Below, piece after piece: positions 1 to 7,854 of a DNA stretch of 64,000 bases. The notes below the pieces were generated by a model that saw only the letters and a program-made list of their open reading frames with translations, was not told the origin of the DNA and did not search any database. The number at the start of each line of letters is the position of its first letter. The first letter of the stretch is position 1. Source of the DNA: Thermoanaerobaculia bacterium (lineage in GTDB: Bacteria > Acidobacteriota > Thermoanaerobaculia > Gp7-AA8); assembly GCA_036522835.1 (NCBI GenBank), contig DATDFB010000057.1, forward strand, positions 3,906-67,905. Reading direction: 5' to 3'. Made by a program: the position numbers and the translations under genes.

Positions 1-427
1 CCTGCGAGACGGTATTGAACACCGACTCCACTTCCTTCCGCTGCACGATCGTCCCCTGGTCGGCGTCGGTCGAGGTCTTGACCAGGCGGAGGTTCGAGTT
101 CACGGCGTTCTCGCGCGACTGCTTGTTGCGCATGAAGTCGATGGCCACGTTCGTCACCATGCGGTACAGCCAGGTGTCGAACGCGTATTGCGGATCGTAT
201 TTCTCGAGGTTCTCCCACAGCTTGATGAAGACGAGCTGGGAGATGTCCTTGGCGTCCTCGGAATTGCCGATGATGCGGTAGCAGAGGGAGTAGACCTTCG
301 ACGTTTTGCGCCGGACCAGCGCCTCGAACGCGTCGGGGTCGCCGCCCCGAATCGTTTCCACGAGCTGCCGGTCATCGGGTTCGACGGTCTCTTTGGTCGG
401 GATCATCAGGCGGAGTTCCGCTGCCAT
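1..427 (-). CDS. ECF-type sigma-70 family RNA polymerase sigma factor (partial; C-terminal part lies beyond window start)
   Basis: My own minus-strand translation from the ATG at complement 425-427 gives MAAELRLMIPTKETVEPDDRQLVETIRGGDPDAFEALVRRKTSKVYSLCYRIIGNSEDAKDISQLVFIKLWENLEKYDPQYAFDTWLYRMVTNVAIDFMRNKQSRE... This matches the sigma region 2 pattern. It is absent from the ORF track because it has no stop inside the window. Confidence 0.8.
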   Translation of the reverse strand, partial: MAAELRLMIPTKETVEPDDRQLVETIRGGDPDAFEALVRRKTSKVYSLCYRIIGNSEDAKDISQLVFIKLWENLEKYDPQYAFDTWLYRMVTNVAIDFMRNKQSRENAVNSNLRLVKTSTDADQGTIVQRKEVESVFNTVSQ

Positions 428-480
428 CGTAGACACAATTACGAGGGCCGTCGAGGAAACGTCTAGTCCGCCGCGAAACA

Positions 481-509
481 TTGCCGAAAATCGATTAGCC
501 CCTTAAAAT
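481..509 (+). promoter_or_regulatory. Candidate sigma-70-type promoter for purD (pattern match only)
   Basis: TTGCCG (481-486), 17-nt spacer, TAAAAT (504-509), ending 12 nt upstream of the purD ATG in the 94-bp divergent gap. It would give a very short leader that excludes the GAGG at 511-514, so it is uncertain. Confidence 0.25.
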
Positions 510-521
510 CGAGGCACTTTC

Positions 522-1829
522 ATGCGGGTACTCATCGTCGGGCAAGGCGCGCGCGAGCACGCGATCGCCTGGAAACTCAAGCAATCCCCTCTGGTCAAAG
601 AGCTTTACGCCGCCCCGGGGAACGCCGGCATCGCCCAGGTGGCGGACTGCGTCAACATCGGCGTGGCCGACATCATCGAGCTGGCGGACTTCGCCGAGGG
701 GCTGAAGATCGACCTCACGGTCGTCGGCCCCGAGCTCCCCCTCACCCTAGGCATCGTCGACGAGTTCCAAAAGCGCGGCCTGGCCTGCTTCGGCCCCACC
801 CGGCTCGCCTCCGAGCTCGAAGGCTCGAAGATCTTCTCCAAGGAATTCATGCGCAAGTATTCGATCCCGACCGCCGAGGCCGTCACCTGCGCCTCGATGG
901 ACGAGGCGAAGAGCGCGCTGAAAAAGATGGGCTATCCGGCCGTGCTGAAGGTCGACGGCCTCGCCGCCGGCAAGGGCGTGGTCATCGTCAAGAAGCCGTC
1001 CGACGCCGACGAGTTCCTGCACACGGTCTTCGGCGAGAAGAAGTTCGGCAACGCGGCCGACCGCATCCTCGTCGAGGAGTTTCTGACCGGCGACGAAGTC
1101 TCGTTCATGGCCATCACCGACGGAAAGCGCACCGTGCCCCTCGCCGCGGCAAAGGATTACAAGACCGCGCTCGACGGCGACCTCGGGCCGAACACCGGCG
1201 GCATGGGGGCGCACTCGCCCGCGGTCGTGTTGAGCGGCGACATGGCCGGCGAGGTGATGAAGACCATCATCCTGCCGACCGTGGCGGGCATGGCCACCGA
1301 GGGGCGGCCATACACCGGCGTGCTCTACGCGGGGCTGATGCTGACGCCGAACGGCCCGAAAGTGCTCGAGTACAACTGCCGCTTCGGCGATCCGGAGACG
1401 CAGGTGCAGATGCTGCGGCTCGAGGATGACCTCGCCGACGTCTGCCTCAAATCCGCCCGCGGCAACCTCGGGGACACGAAGCTGGCGTGGCGCAAGGAAG
1501 CGGCGGCGTGCGTCGTCATCGCCGTCGAGGGCTACCCCGACGAGTTCGCGAAGGGGCAGGAAGTGGCCATCGATCCGGTCGACGACGAGGCTGTCGTGAT
1601 CTTCCACGGAGGCACGATCCCGCGCGGCGGGAAGATGATCAACGTGGCCGGCCGCGTGGCCAGCGTCTGCGCCCGCGGCGCGACGCTCACGGAGGCGCTG
1701 GTCAAGGCCTATCAGAACGTGTCGAAGGTGCGATTCGAGGGAGCGCGCTACCGCCGCGACATCGGCTACCGCGCGCTCGAGAACCGCGCGCGCATCTACA
1801 GCGGTACGTTCCCGAGCGTGACGACGTGA
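522..1829 (+). CDS. purD: Phosphoribosylamine--glycine ligase
   Basis: 435-aa ORF. MRVLIVGQGAREHAIAWKL N-terminus, ATP-grasp core, GGMGAHSPA and LEYNCRFGDPETQ motifs typical of PurD. Confidence 0.95.
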   Translation: MRVLIVGQGAREHAIAWKLKQSPLVKELYAAPGNAGIAQVADCVNIGVADIIELADFAEGLKIDLTVVGPELPLTLGIVDEFQKRGLACFGPTRLASELEGSKIFSKEFMRKYSIPTAEAVTCASMDEAKSALKKMGYPAVLKVDGLAAGKGVVIVKKPSDADEFLHTVFGEKKFGNAADRILVEEFLTGDEVSFMAITDGKRTVPLAAAKDYKTALDGDLGPNTGGMGAHSPAVVLSGDMAGEVMKTIILPTVAGMATEGRPYTGVLYAGLMLTPNGPKVLEYNCRFGDPETQVQMLRLEDDLADVCLKSARGNLGDTKLAWRKEAAACVVIAVEGYPDEFAKGQEVAIDPVDDEAVVIFHGGTIPRGGKMINVAGRVASVCARGATLTEALVKAYQNVSKVRFEGARYRRDIGYRALENRARIYSGTFPSVTT

Positions 1830-2335
1830 CCGCGCCGTTCGTTTGCATCGTCATGGGCTCCGACTCCGACGCCGAGGTCATGGCGCAGGCGTGCGCGGCG
1901 CTCGACGAGCTGGGCGTCCAGTACGAGATGAAGGTGGCGTCGGCGCACCGTTCGCCGGAGCGGACGAAGCAGGTCATCGACGAGGCCGAGCGCGGCGGCG
2001 CGGCGGTCTTCATCGCCGGCGCCGGCATGGCCGCGCATCTGCCGGGCGTCGTGGCCAGCTTCACGACGAAGCCGGTCATCGGCGTGCCGCTCGCGGGAGG
2101 CGCGCTGCAGGGCTTCGACGCGCTGCTGGCGATCGTGCAGATGCCGCCGGGGATTCCGGTGGCGACGGTCGCGGTCGGCGGGGCGCGGAACGCGGGCGTG
2201 CTGGCGGCGCAGATCATGGCCGCGTCCGACGCGGCGCTGGCGGCGCGCTTGAAAGAACAGCGGGTCAAGATGGCCGAGGCGGTGGCGCAGAAGTCGAAGA
2301 AGGTGGAAAAGTCGACGCGTAGAGTGTCATCCTGA
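1826..2335 (+). CDS. purE: N5-carboxyaminoimidazole ribonucleotide mutase
   Basis: GTG at 1826 overlaps the purD stop (GTGA). CIVMGSDSDAEVM, ASAHRSPERT and AGAGMAAHLPGVVAS..T.PVIGVP match the PurE family. An alternative ATG lies at 1853. The last codons and the stop lie inside the palindromic repeat at 2324-2403. Confidence 0.92.
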   Translation: MTAPFVCIVMGSDSDAEVMAQACAALDELGVQYEMKVASAHRSPERTKQVIDEAERGGAAVFIAGAGMAAHLPGVVASFTTKPVIGVPLAGGALQGFDALLAIVQMPPGIPVATVAVGGARNAGVLAAQIMAASDAALAARLKEQRVKMAEAVAQKSKKVEKSTRRVSS

Positions 2336-2403
2336 GTCGCGCAGACGGCGAAGGATCCCCTCGGCGGGGGGTTCCTCACCGTCTGCGCGGCTCGGAATGA
2401 CAC
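2324..2403. repeat. REP-like palindrome, family GTGTCATYC...GRATGACAC
   Basis: ~36-bp arms: gtgtcatcctgagtcgcgcagacggcgaaggatcccc / ggggttcctcaccgtctgcgcggctcggaatgacac. Related copies at 18401-18479 and 45109-45213, with a half copy at 37755-37785. Confidence 0.85.
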
Positions 2404-3308
2404 ACGCACCGCACGCGCATGCCGACCTATCGCGCAAGCTCCTCATCGCCACGATCGCCACGGCCGTCTTCGTCGTCGTCGAGCTGATCGCCGGCATCGC
2501 CGCCAACTCCCTCGCGCTCATCGGCGACGCCTTCCACAACTTCACCGACTCGCTCGCGCTGGTCCTTGCGCTCGTGGCCGTGCGCATCGAGCGGCGGCCG
2601 GCAAACGCCACCAAGACCTACGGGTATCACCGCGCCGGCGTGCTCGCCGCGTTCATCAACTCCGGGACGCTCGTCGCCTTCACGATCTACATCTTCTACG
2701 AAGCGTGGCACCGGCTGCGCGTGCCGCACGCCGTCGACAGCCGGGCCATGCTCGTCGTCGCCGCGGTCGCGTTCGCGCTCAACGCCGCCATCACCTGGTG
2801 GCTGCACGACGAAGGGCGCGAAGACCTCAACGTCCGCAGCGCCGTGCTGCACATGCTCGGCGATGCGGCGTCGTCGGTCGGCATCGTCATCGCCGCGCTG
2901 CTCATCGCCCGCACCGGCCGGCCGTTCTGGGACCCGGCCATGTCGGTCTTGATCGGCATCCTGATTTTGTGGAGCAGCTTCGGCGTGCTGCGCGAGGCGG
3001 TGAATCTGTTGCTCGAAGGGACGCCGCCGGGCATCGATCCCGGCGCGGTCACGCGCGCCATCGAGTCGGTCGAGGGCATTCTCGGCGTGCACCACCTGCA
3101 CATCTGGGGGCTCGGCTCCGCGCGGCGCGCGCTCTCCGCGCACCTCATCGTCGGCGACGTGCCGCTCGCGGCCACGAGCCAGCTCCTCGGCCGCGTGAAC
3201 GCGCTGCTGCACGACCAGTACGGCATCGAGCACACCACCATTCAGTTCGAGCTCGCCGATTGCCCCGAGGAGGATCCGTACTGCTTGCCTATTTCGCGGG
3301 AGTCGTGA
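2397..3308 (+). CDS. Cation diffusion facilitator family metal efflux transporter (CzcD/ZitB-like)
   Basis: 303 aa. His-rich N-terminus (HAPHAHAD), six hydrophobic segments, IGDAFHNFTDS and LHMLGDAASSVG (TM2/TM5 metal-site HxxxD motifs), C-terminal cytoplasmic domain with HHLHIWGL. The ATG lies inside the right arm of the repeat. Confidence 0.9.
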   Translation: MTHAPHAHADLSRKLLIATIATAVFVVVELIAGIAANSLALIGDAFHNFTDSLALVLALVAVRIERRPANATKTYGYHRAGVLAAFINSGTLVAFTIYIFYEAWHRLRVPHAVDSRAMLVVAAVAFALNAAITWWLHDEGREDLNVRSAVLHMLGDAASSVGIVIAALLIARTGRPFWDPAMSVLIGILILWSSFGVLREAVNLLLEGTPPGIDPGAVTRAIESVEGILGVHHLHIWGLGSARRALSAHLIVGDVPLAATSQLLGRVNALLHDQYGIEHTTIQFELADCPEEDPYCLPISRES

Positions 3309-4806
3309 CCGTCACCTTCGTCACGCCGAACGGCAGCAGCATCGCGAAGTTCGGCGCGACGGCGTAGAACGGGCGGAGGTCGATCGGATTGCCGAGGAGC
3401 GCCGTGCCCGCTTTCGCACAGAGATCGCCCGTGCGGAGCATGTTCTCGATCGGGCGCTTCACGCGCATGGTCGGATAGAGCGCGTTCACCTCGTCGCGCA
3501 GGTTGCCTTGCGGCTTCTCTTTGTACTCCTTCGTGAACGACGTGACGGCGAGCTGATTGCCTTTCAGCTCCGCCTGCCAGGCCACGTGCGGCGCGCCCTC
3601 GGACGGGAAGCCGTCGTACCCGCCGTGGAAGAGAACCCCCGCCGGCGTCACCTCGGCGGCCATGTCGATGAGGTGTCCGCACGCGGCGGCGTTGACGTAT
3701 GACACATCCTGCCTGGCGATGCGATTCTGCGCGTCGTAGGTGTAGCGCGACGTGACGGCCTGCCCGTCGAGCACGAGCTCCTCGCGGTCGAGCAGCCACG
3801 CCTCGCCCGCTTTGTGCGCTCGGAAGTCGAGGAGGCCGGCGCGCTCGAGGTAGTCGGCGCCCTGCACGAGGCCCGGCCCGCTCAGGATCTCGCCGTCGTA
3901 CGTCCACCCCTCGCGCTTGCGCGCGTCCTGGATCTGCTTCTGCTTCACCGGCGTGTAGCGAAGGTCGTCGAACGGCACGCACGACAGCGTCTCGTTTCTG
4001 GCGACGCGGTCGTCGGCGTAGAACGACGTGCGCGTCGCGCCGTCGCTGCACGCGCGCGCATTCGCGTACGGCCCGTGCCAGCAGCGCGGGCACCACATCG
4101 CCCCCGTGGGGAGGCGGAGGCCGCAGAACGAGCAGACGATCTTCGTCTTCATGTCGTCGATCTCGCTCTCGAGCGCGAGGATGTGCGGCTCGATGTCCGC
4201 CTTTGACGCGGCGTCGAGGCCGGCGTAGCGGTGGAAGCGCTCCGCGGCCGTCGCCAAGTCGCCGCGCTTCTCGAAGATCACCGCCTCGTTGTAGACCGGC
4301 GCCGGGTCGTTCGGCCGCTTCTGCTCCGCGTCCTGAAAGAGCTTGAGCGCGGCGTCGTAGTCGCCCTTTTGGTAGAGGAAGCGGCCGCGCGTGAAGATCT
4401 CCGTGTACTCGTCCTCGGCCTGTTTCTTCTTCTGCAGCTCGCGCTGGAAGTCGAGCTCGAGCTGGAGCTTGGCGAGGTTCTCCTTTTCCGGTCCGGCCGG
4501 GTAGAGCTGGTTGTAGCGGTCGACTTTCTGCTGGGCCTCGGAGACGCGCCCGGCCTTGGCGAGCGTGAGGGCCATGTCGTACAGCACGCCGGCGACGTCG
4601 GGCTGCAACTGATCGGCCTTCGCGAACTGCGCGTAGGCCGCGGTGTAGTCCTTCATCGAATAGAACTTCTGGCCGAAGAAGACGGCCTTGGTGAACTCGT
4701 CCTCCGGCTGCTGCGCAAGACCGAATGCAGAATGCAGGATGCAGAATGCAGAAACGAGCAGCACCGCTCGCCATTCTGCATTTTGCATTCTGCATTCTGC
4801 ATTCAT
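3289..4806 (-). CDS. Exported TPR-repeat protein with internal zinc-ribbon (CSFCG...CPRC) and unknown C-terminal domain
   Basis: This is the C-terminal 505 codons of track ORF 3289..6636. The ATG at complement 4804-4806 overlaps the upstream gene's stop (ATGA). N-terminus MNAECRMQNAEWRAVLLVSAFCILHSAFGLAQQ is signal-peptide-like, followed by TPR-like helices (YTAAYAQFAKADQLQP..., YDAALKLFQDAEQKRPND...). No family recognised for the last ~280 aa. Confidence 0.7.
   Translation of the reverse strand: MNAECRMQNAEWRAVLLVSAFCILHSAFGLAQQPEDEFTKAVFFGQKFYSMKDYTAAYAQFAKADQLQPDVAGVLYDMALTLAKAGRVSEAQQKVDRYNQLYPAGPEKENLAKLQLELDFQRELQKKKQAEDEYTEIFTRGRFLYQKGDYDAALKLFQDAEQKRPNDPAPVYNEAVIFEKRGDLATAAERFHRYAGLDAASKADIEPHILALESEIDDMKTKIVCSFCGLRLPTGAMWCPRCWHGPYANARACSDGATRTSFYADDRVARNETLSCVPFDDLRYTPVKQKQIQDARKREGWTYDGEILSGPGLVQGADYLERAGLLDFRAHKAGEAWLLDREELVLDGQAVTSRYTYDAQNRIARQDVSYVNAAACGHLIDMAAEVTPAGVLFHGGYDGFPSEGAPHVAWQAELKGNQLAVTSFTKEYKEKPQGNLRDEVNALYPTMRVKRPIENMLRTGDLCAKAGTALLGNPIDLRPFYAVAPNFAMLLPFGVTKVTVTTPAK
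4722..4805. repeat. Hairpin repeat, GCAGAATGC family (diverged copy), inside the 5' end of a CDS
   Basis: gaatgcagaatgcaggatgcagaatgcagaa ... ccattctgcattttgcattctgcattctgcattc forms ~30-bp imperfect inverted arms. Related to 16330-16428 and 19813-19925. Confidence 0.75.
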
Positions 4807-5915
4807 TGCAGCAGCGCCTCCACCACCCCGCCCACCCAATCGTCGATCACCGGCGACGTTGCCAGATACGAGTAGAGTGCGTGGCGCTTCTGCTCCGACG
4901 GCGCGCTCGGGTTGCGCAGCACGCCCGCAGGATCGGGCATCAGGTCGACCACGACGTCGCGCGCGTCGCGCGGCGCCCAGTGCGAGGGCATGTCGCTGCC
5001 GAAGAGCTTCGACACGAGCGCAAGGCGGTCGCTTTCGCCGTGCGCGGCGCGCGCGGCGGCGGCGAGGCGGCCCTTCGAGCTCTCGATGAGCATGCGAAGA
5101 TTGGATAGCACCTGCAGCCGGCGCGTGCAGGCCTCGAGGATCTTGACGTCGGAGAGGGCCGTGCTGGCGGCGAGGATCTTCTGGATGCGGTCGGTCTCGA
5201 CGGAGATGAACGCGTCGGCCGGATCGTCGGCAGGGGGCGCCGGCTCGTCGACCTTCACCTCCGGCGTGGCCGGCGTGGCCACCGGCGCGGGCGGCATGGC
5301 CGGCGTCGGCACGATCTCGGCGAGCGGCAGATCGGAGATGGCCGGCGCATCGCCGATCTCGCTCTTCGGCATGCGCAGATCGGCCGGCTCGTTGGCGATC
5401 GCCGCCGGCGGCGGAGCGGGCGGCAGCGGCACGAGCTTCGCCGCACCGAACGGCGAGCCCGCCGGCGCGGCGGGGTCGCGCATCAAATCCGAATCCGTCG
5501 GCACTTCGGCGTCCATCAGCCGCTCGCGCACGCGCAGCCGCGTGTCGCCTGCCTGGCGCAGTTGAGCGTTGCGGGCCACGTCGTTGAGGTACGTCGCGCT
5601 CATGTCGCAGTGGCAGGGGCCGAAGTTGTCGGGCAGGTAGCGCTTGTCGTTGCGCTGGCGGTAGAAGTCGACGACCGCGGCGTTGTGGCGCATGGCCGCG
5701 TCGCGGGCGCGCTCGCAGGCGGCCTGCGAGGCGAACTGGTTGATGCCCGAAAACTCGTTGAAGCCGCGTAGTTCCGGGTTGTACATCTGCACGTGGTAGT
5801 GGAAGACGTCGCAGTGCGCCGGGGGCGTCGCAGAAGGCGGGCAGAGCAGCGCCTGCCCGAGGGCCGAGCCCGCCGTCACCGCCGCCACGAGAAAAACGCT
5901 TACGCGAAGCCGCAT
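4803..5915 (-). CDS. Exported hypothetical protein (Cys-containing N-domain, Pro-rich linker, helical C-domain)
   Basis: Track ORF 4803..5969. The best start is MRLRVSVFLVAAVTAGSALGQ (ATG at complement 5913-5915), because upstream codons are translation of a palindromic repeat. PPAPPPAA/PAMPPAPVATPATP linker. No family recognised. Confidence 0.65.
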   Translation of the reverse strand: MRLRVSVFLVAAVTAGSALGQALLCPPSATPPAHCDVFHYHVQMYNPELRGFNEFSGINQFASQAACERARDAAMRHNAAVVDFYRQRNDKRYLPDNFGPCHCDMSATYLNDVARNAQLRQAGDTRLRVRERLMDAEVPTDSDLMRDPAAPAGSPFGAAKLVPLPPAPPPAAIANEPADLRMPKSEIGDAPAISDLPLAEIVPTPAMPPAPVATPATPEVKVDEPAPPADDPADAFISVETDRIQKILAASTALSDVKILEACTRRLQVLSNLRMLIESSKGRLAAAARAAHGESDRLALVSKLFGSDMPSHWAPRDARDVVVDLMPDPAGVLRNPSAPSEQKRHALYSYLATSPVIDDWVGGVVEALLQ

Positions 5916-5975
5916 GTGGAGCGCGCCGGCCATGCCGGCGCCGTAAGAGCGGCGGCATGGCCGCCGCACTCCACA
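5916..5975. repeat. REP-like double palindrome, family TGGAGTGCGGCGGCCATGCCGCCGC
   Basis: gtggagcgcgccggccatgccggcgc-cgtaaga-gcggcggcatggccgccgcactccaca. Same architecture as 48434-48491 and 51917-51975. Confidence 0.85.
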
Positions 5976-6039
5976 GAATATACGACTTCAACACCGCGGC
6001 CCCTCTCGTCGTACCGCTGGCGACGAAAGGAGAACCTCC

Positions 6040-6507
6040 ATGAACAAGAAGCACCTCACCATCGCCGGAGTGATCGCGGCGCTCGTCCTCGTCGCGGCGC
6101 CCTTCGCGCTCGCCCAGCGGATGCACGGCGCGGCTCGCGGCGGCCCCGGCAGCGACCTCGGCGGCGTGATGTTCCTCGGGCACCTCCAGCGCGCCAAGCA
6201 CGCCCTCGGCCTCTCGGACCAGCAGGTCACCGACATCGAGACCATCTTCCGCGACCTGCGCACGCAGAACCAGACCTACCGCGACTCGCTTCACGGCGCG
6301 ATGGGCGAGATTGCCACCACGCTCATCAACAATCCGAACGATCTCGCGGCGGCGCAGGCGCTGCTCGACAAGCAGGAAGCGACCGAGCATCAGATGAAAG
6401 TCAACGCCCTGCAGGCGGCGTCGAAGGCGCTCAACGTCCTGACGCCCGATCAGCGCGCCAAGCTCGGCGACTTCATCAAGGAGCATCACGGCCCGATGGC
6501 GCGGTAA
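6040..6507 (+). CDS. Periplasmic Spy/CpxP/ZraP-like (LTxxQ-motif) stress or heavy-metal-resistance protein
   Basis: 155 aa. Strong SD (AAGGAG 6027-6032), signal peptide MNKKHLTIAGVIAALVLVAAPFALAQ, two LTxxQ-type motifs (LSDQQVTDI, LTPDQRAKL), all-helical composition. Confidence 0.8.
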   Translation: MNKKHLTIAGVIAALVLVAAPFALAQRMHGAARGGPGSDLGGVMFLGHLQRAKHALGLSDQQVTDIETIFRDLRTQNQTYRDSLHGAMGEIATTLINNPNDLAAAQALLDKQEATEHQMKVNALQAASKALNVLTPDQRAKLGDFIKEHHGPMAR

Positions 6508-6511
6508 GACG

Positions 6512-7153
6512 ATGGAACTGGCGGCTGTCAACGGAGCCCTGCTCCTCGATCGTCTAAGCTGGGTAGTGACGGCAGGATTCGAGACACTGCAACAGCCCGG
6601 CGACACCTTCGAGCAGCGCGCGATCGACGCGGTCAAACGCGGCGACGCATCGGCGTACGACTATCTCGTGTCAAAATACATGAAACGAGTGGTGTCGATC
6701 GCCTGGGGAATCGTGCGCAACGCGCACGACGCGGAAGACCTCGCGCAGGAGGCTTTCGTGAAGGCCTACCAGACCATCGGCCGCTTCAAGACGGGACAAC
6801 CTTTCGGTCCGTGGATCTATCGAATCGTGACGAACCTTTCATTGGACGTGGTCAAGCATCGCAAGCGCTTCCGCCACGAAGAGCTGCGCGACGTCGAGCC
6901 GGCGGCCCGCCGCGACGAGGCCGATCTGCCGGCGCGCGCGAACGAGCTGTCGGCGCGCATCGACGAGGCCATCGAGTCGCTGCCGGAGATGCAGCGCATC
7001 GTGGCCCGGCTCTACCTGGTCGAGGAGTTCAGCCACACCGAGATCGCGGAGATGACCAATCTGAGCGAGGGGACGGTGCGCTCGCACCTCTCCCTCGCGC
7101 GCGGAAAGCTCAAAGAGCGATTGAGCGATTTGTACGGAGAAGACCATGAGTGA
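6512..7153 (+). CDS. ECF-type RNA polymerase sigma factor
   Basis: DAEDLAQEAFVKAYQTIGRFK...FGPWIYRIVTNLSLDVVKHRKR (region 2) and MQRIVARLYLVEEFSHTEIAEMTNLSEGTVRSHLSLARGKLKERL (region 4 HTH). The start could instead be the GTG at 6566. Confidence 0.9.
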   Translation: MELAAVNGALLLDRLSWVVTAGFETLQQPGDTFEQRAIDAVKRGDASAYDYLVSKYMKRVVSIAWGIVRNAHDAEDLAQEAFVKAYQTIGRFKTGQPFGPWIYRIVTNLSLDVVKHRKRFRHEELRDVEPAARRDEADLPARANELSARIDEAIESLPEMQRIVARLYLVEEFSHTEIAEMTNLSEGTVRSHLSLARGKLKERLSDLYGEDHE

Positions 7154-7448
7154 CGACAACTTCCTGGAGCGCCTCCGCGGCGACGCGCGGCAGCTTCGCT
7201 ACGAGCCCGGCGACTTCGCCTTCGCGCGCCTGCAGGCGCGCGTGCGCGAGCGCCTCACCCAGCCGACCGCGGCCCAGTTTCTGGCGTCGTGGTTCCGGCC
7301 GCTCTCCGCGTCGCTGGCGGCGCTGTCGCTGGTAGCGGCCCTCGGCACGGCCTACTATGTCGACACGCGCGACCAGGTGACGATGGACTCCATGGCATCG
7401 AACTCCGTCGAGATCACGGTGGACGGGGCCACGTACAGTGTCGACTAG
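7146..7448 (+). CDS. Putative small single-pass anti-sigma factor
   Basis: 100 aa. Overlaps the sigma gene by 8 nt. One TM segment (LSASLAALSLVAALGTAYYV). The call rests on position and size, analogous to CnrY-type anti-sigmas; no conserved motif recognised. Confidence 0.55.
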   Translation: MSDDNFLERLRGDARQLRYEPGDFAFARLQARVRERLTQPTAAQFLASWFRPLSASLAALSLVAALGTAYYVDTRDQVTMDSMASNSVEITVDGATYSVD

Positions 7449-7854
7449 CCCCCGCGCCGTGGCGGCGCTGCTGATCGTGGCGGCGCTCATCGCCGGCATC
7501 GTCGTCGGCGTGGCCGGCGACCGCCTCTACATGATGCGGCGCGTGCCGCATCCGCCGCGATTCATGTCCGACCGGTTCGTCGAGCACCTCGATCGCGAGC
7601 TGCAGCTCACGCCGCAACAGCGCGACGCGGTCAAGCAGATCAGCGAGCGCCACCGCCAGCGCATCCAGGCGCTCTCCGACAGCATCCGTCCGCAGATGCG
7701 CCAGGAGCTCGACGCCATGAACGCGGAGATCGAGAACGTGCTGAACCCCGATCAGCAGAAGAAGTTCCGCGAGCTGTCGTCGCGGATGCACCGCCGGCGC
7801 GGCTCGCGCAGCGGCATGCCGCCCGCGGGTAGTCCGCCGCCGCCGCAGCCCTAA
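7438..7854 (+). CDS. Membrane-anchored periplasmic LTxxQ / heavy-metal-sensor-like protein
   Basis: 138 aa. N-terminal TM (AVAALLIVAALIAGIVVGVAG), LTPQQRDAVKQISERHRQRIQAL plus LNPDQQKKF motifs (Spy/CnrX/ZraP-like). Overlaps the upstream ORF by 11 nt. Confidence 0.7.
   Translation: MSTSPRAVAALLIVAALIAGIVVGVAGDRLYMMRRVPHPPRFMSDRFVEHLDRELQLTPQQRDAVKQISERHRQRIQALSDSIRPQMRQELDAMNAEIENVLNPDQQKKFRELSSRMHRRRGSRSGMPPAGSPPPPQP

Noticed and set aside
85-115. tRNA-like T-arm string (ggaggttcgagttcacgg)
   Set aside because: It lies inside the partial ECF sigma CDS. No acceptor or anticodon stems can be built around it. I found no tRNA or rRNA anywhere in the window.
428-521. Possible purine/ZTP riboswitch upstream of purD
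   Set aside because: The gap is only 94 nt, most of it needed for divergent promoters. No conserved riboswitch cores (e.g. the CCGCCTGGGC-type ZTP 3' element or purine three-way-junction motifs) are recognisable.
6530-6556. ECF-type promoter motifs: TCAAC-N18-CGTCTAA upstream of a possible GTG start (6566) of the sigma gene, and GCAAC-N15-CGTAAC at complement 15146-15172 upstream of the second ECF sigma
   Set aside because: The AAC-to-CGT spacings (18 and 15 nt) fall outside the usual 16-17 nt. Both sites lie inside upstream coding sequence, and an ATG start 4 nt after the upstream gene explains the first operon without an internal promoter.
4807-6636. Upstream two-thirds of the 1115-aa minus-strand ORF 3289..6636
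   Set aside because: Only the last 505 codons (3289-4806) look real, with a signal peptide, TPR units and an ATGA overlap with the gene in another frame. The upstream part overlaps the better-supported genes 4803-5915 (-) and 6040-6507 (+) and is Arg/Ala/Gly junk.
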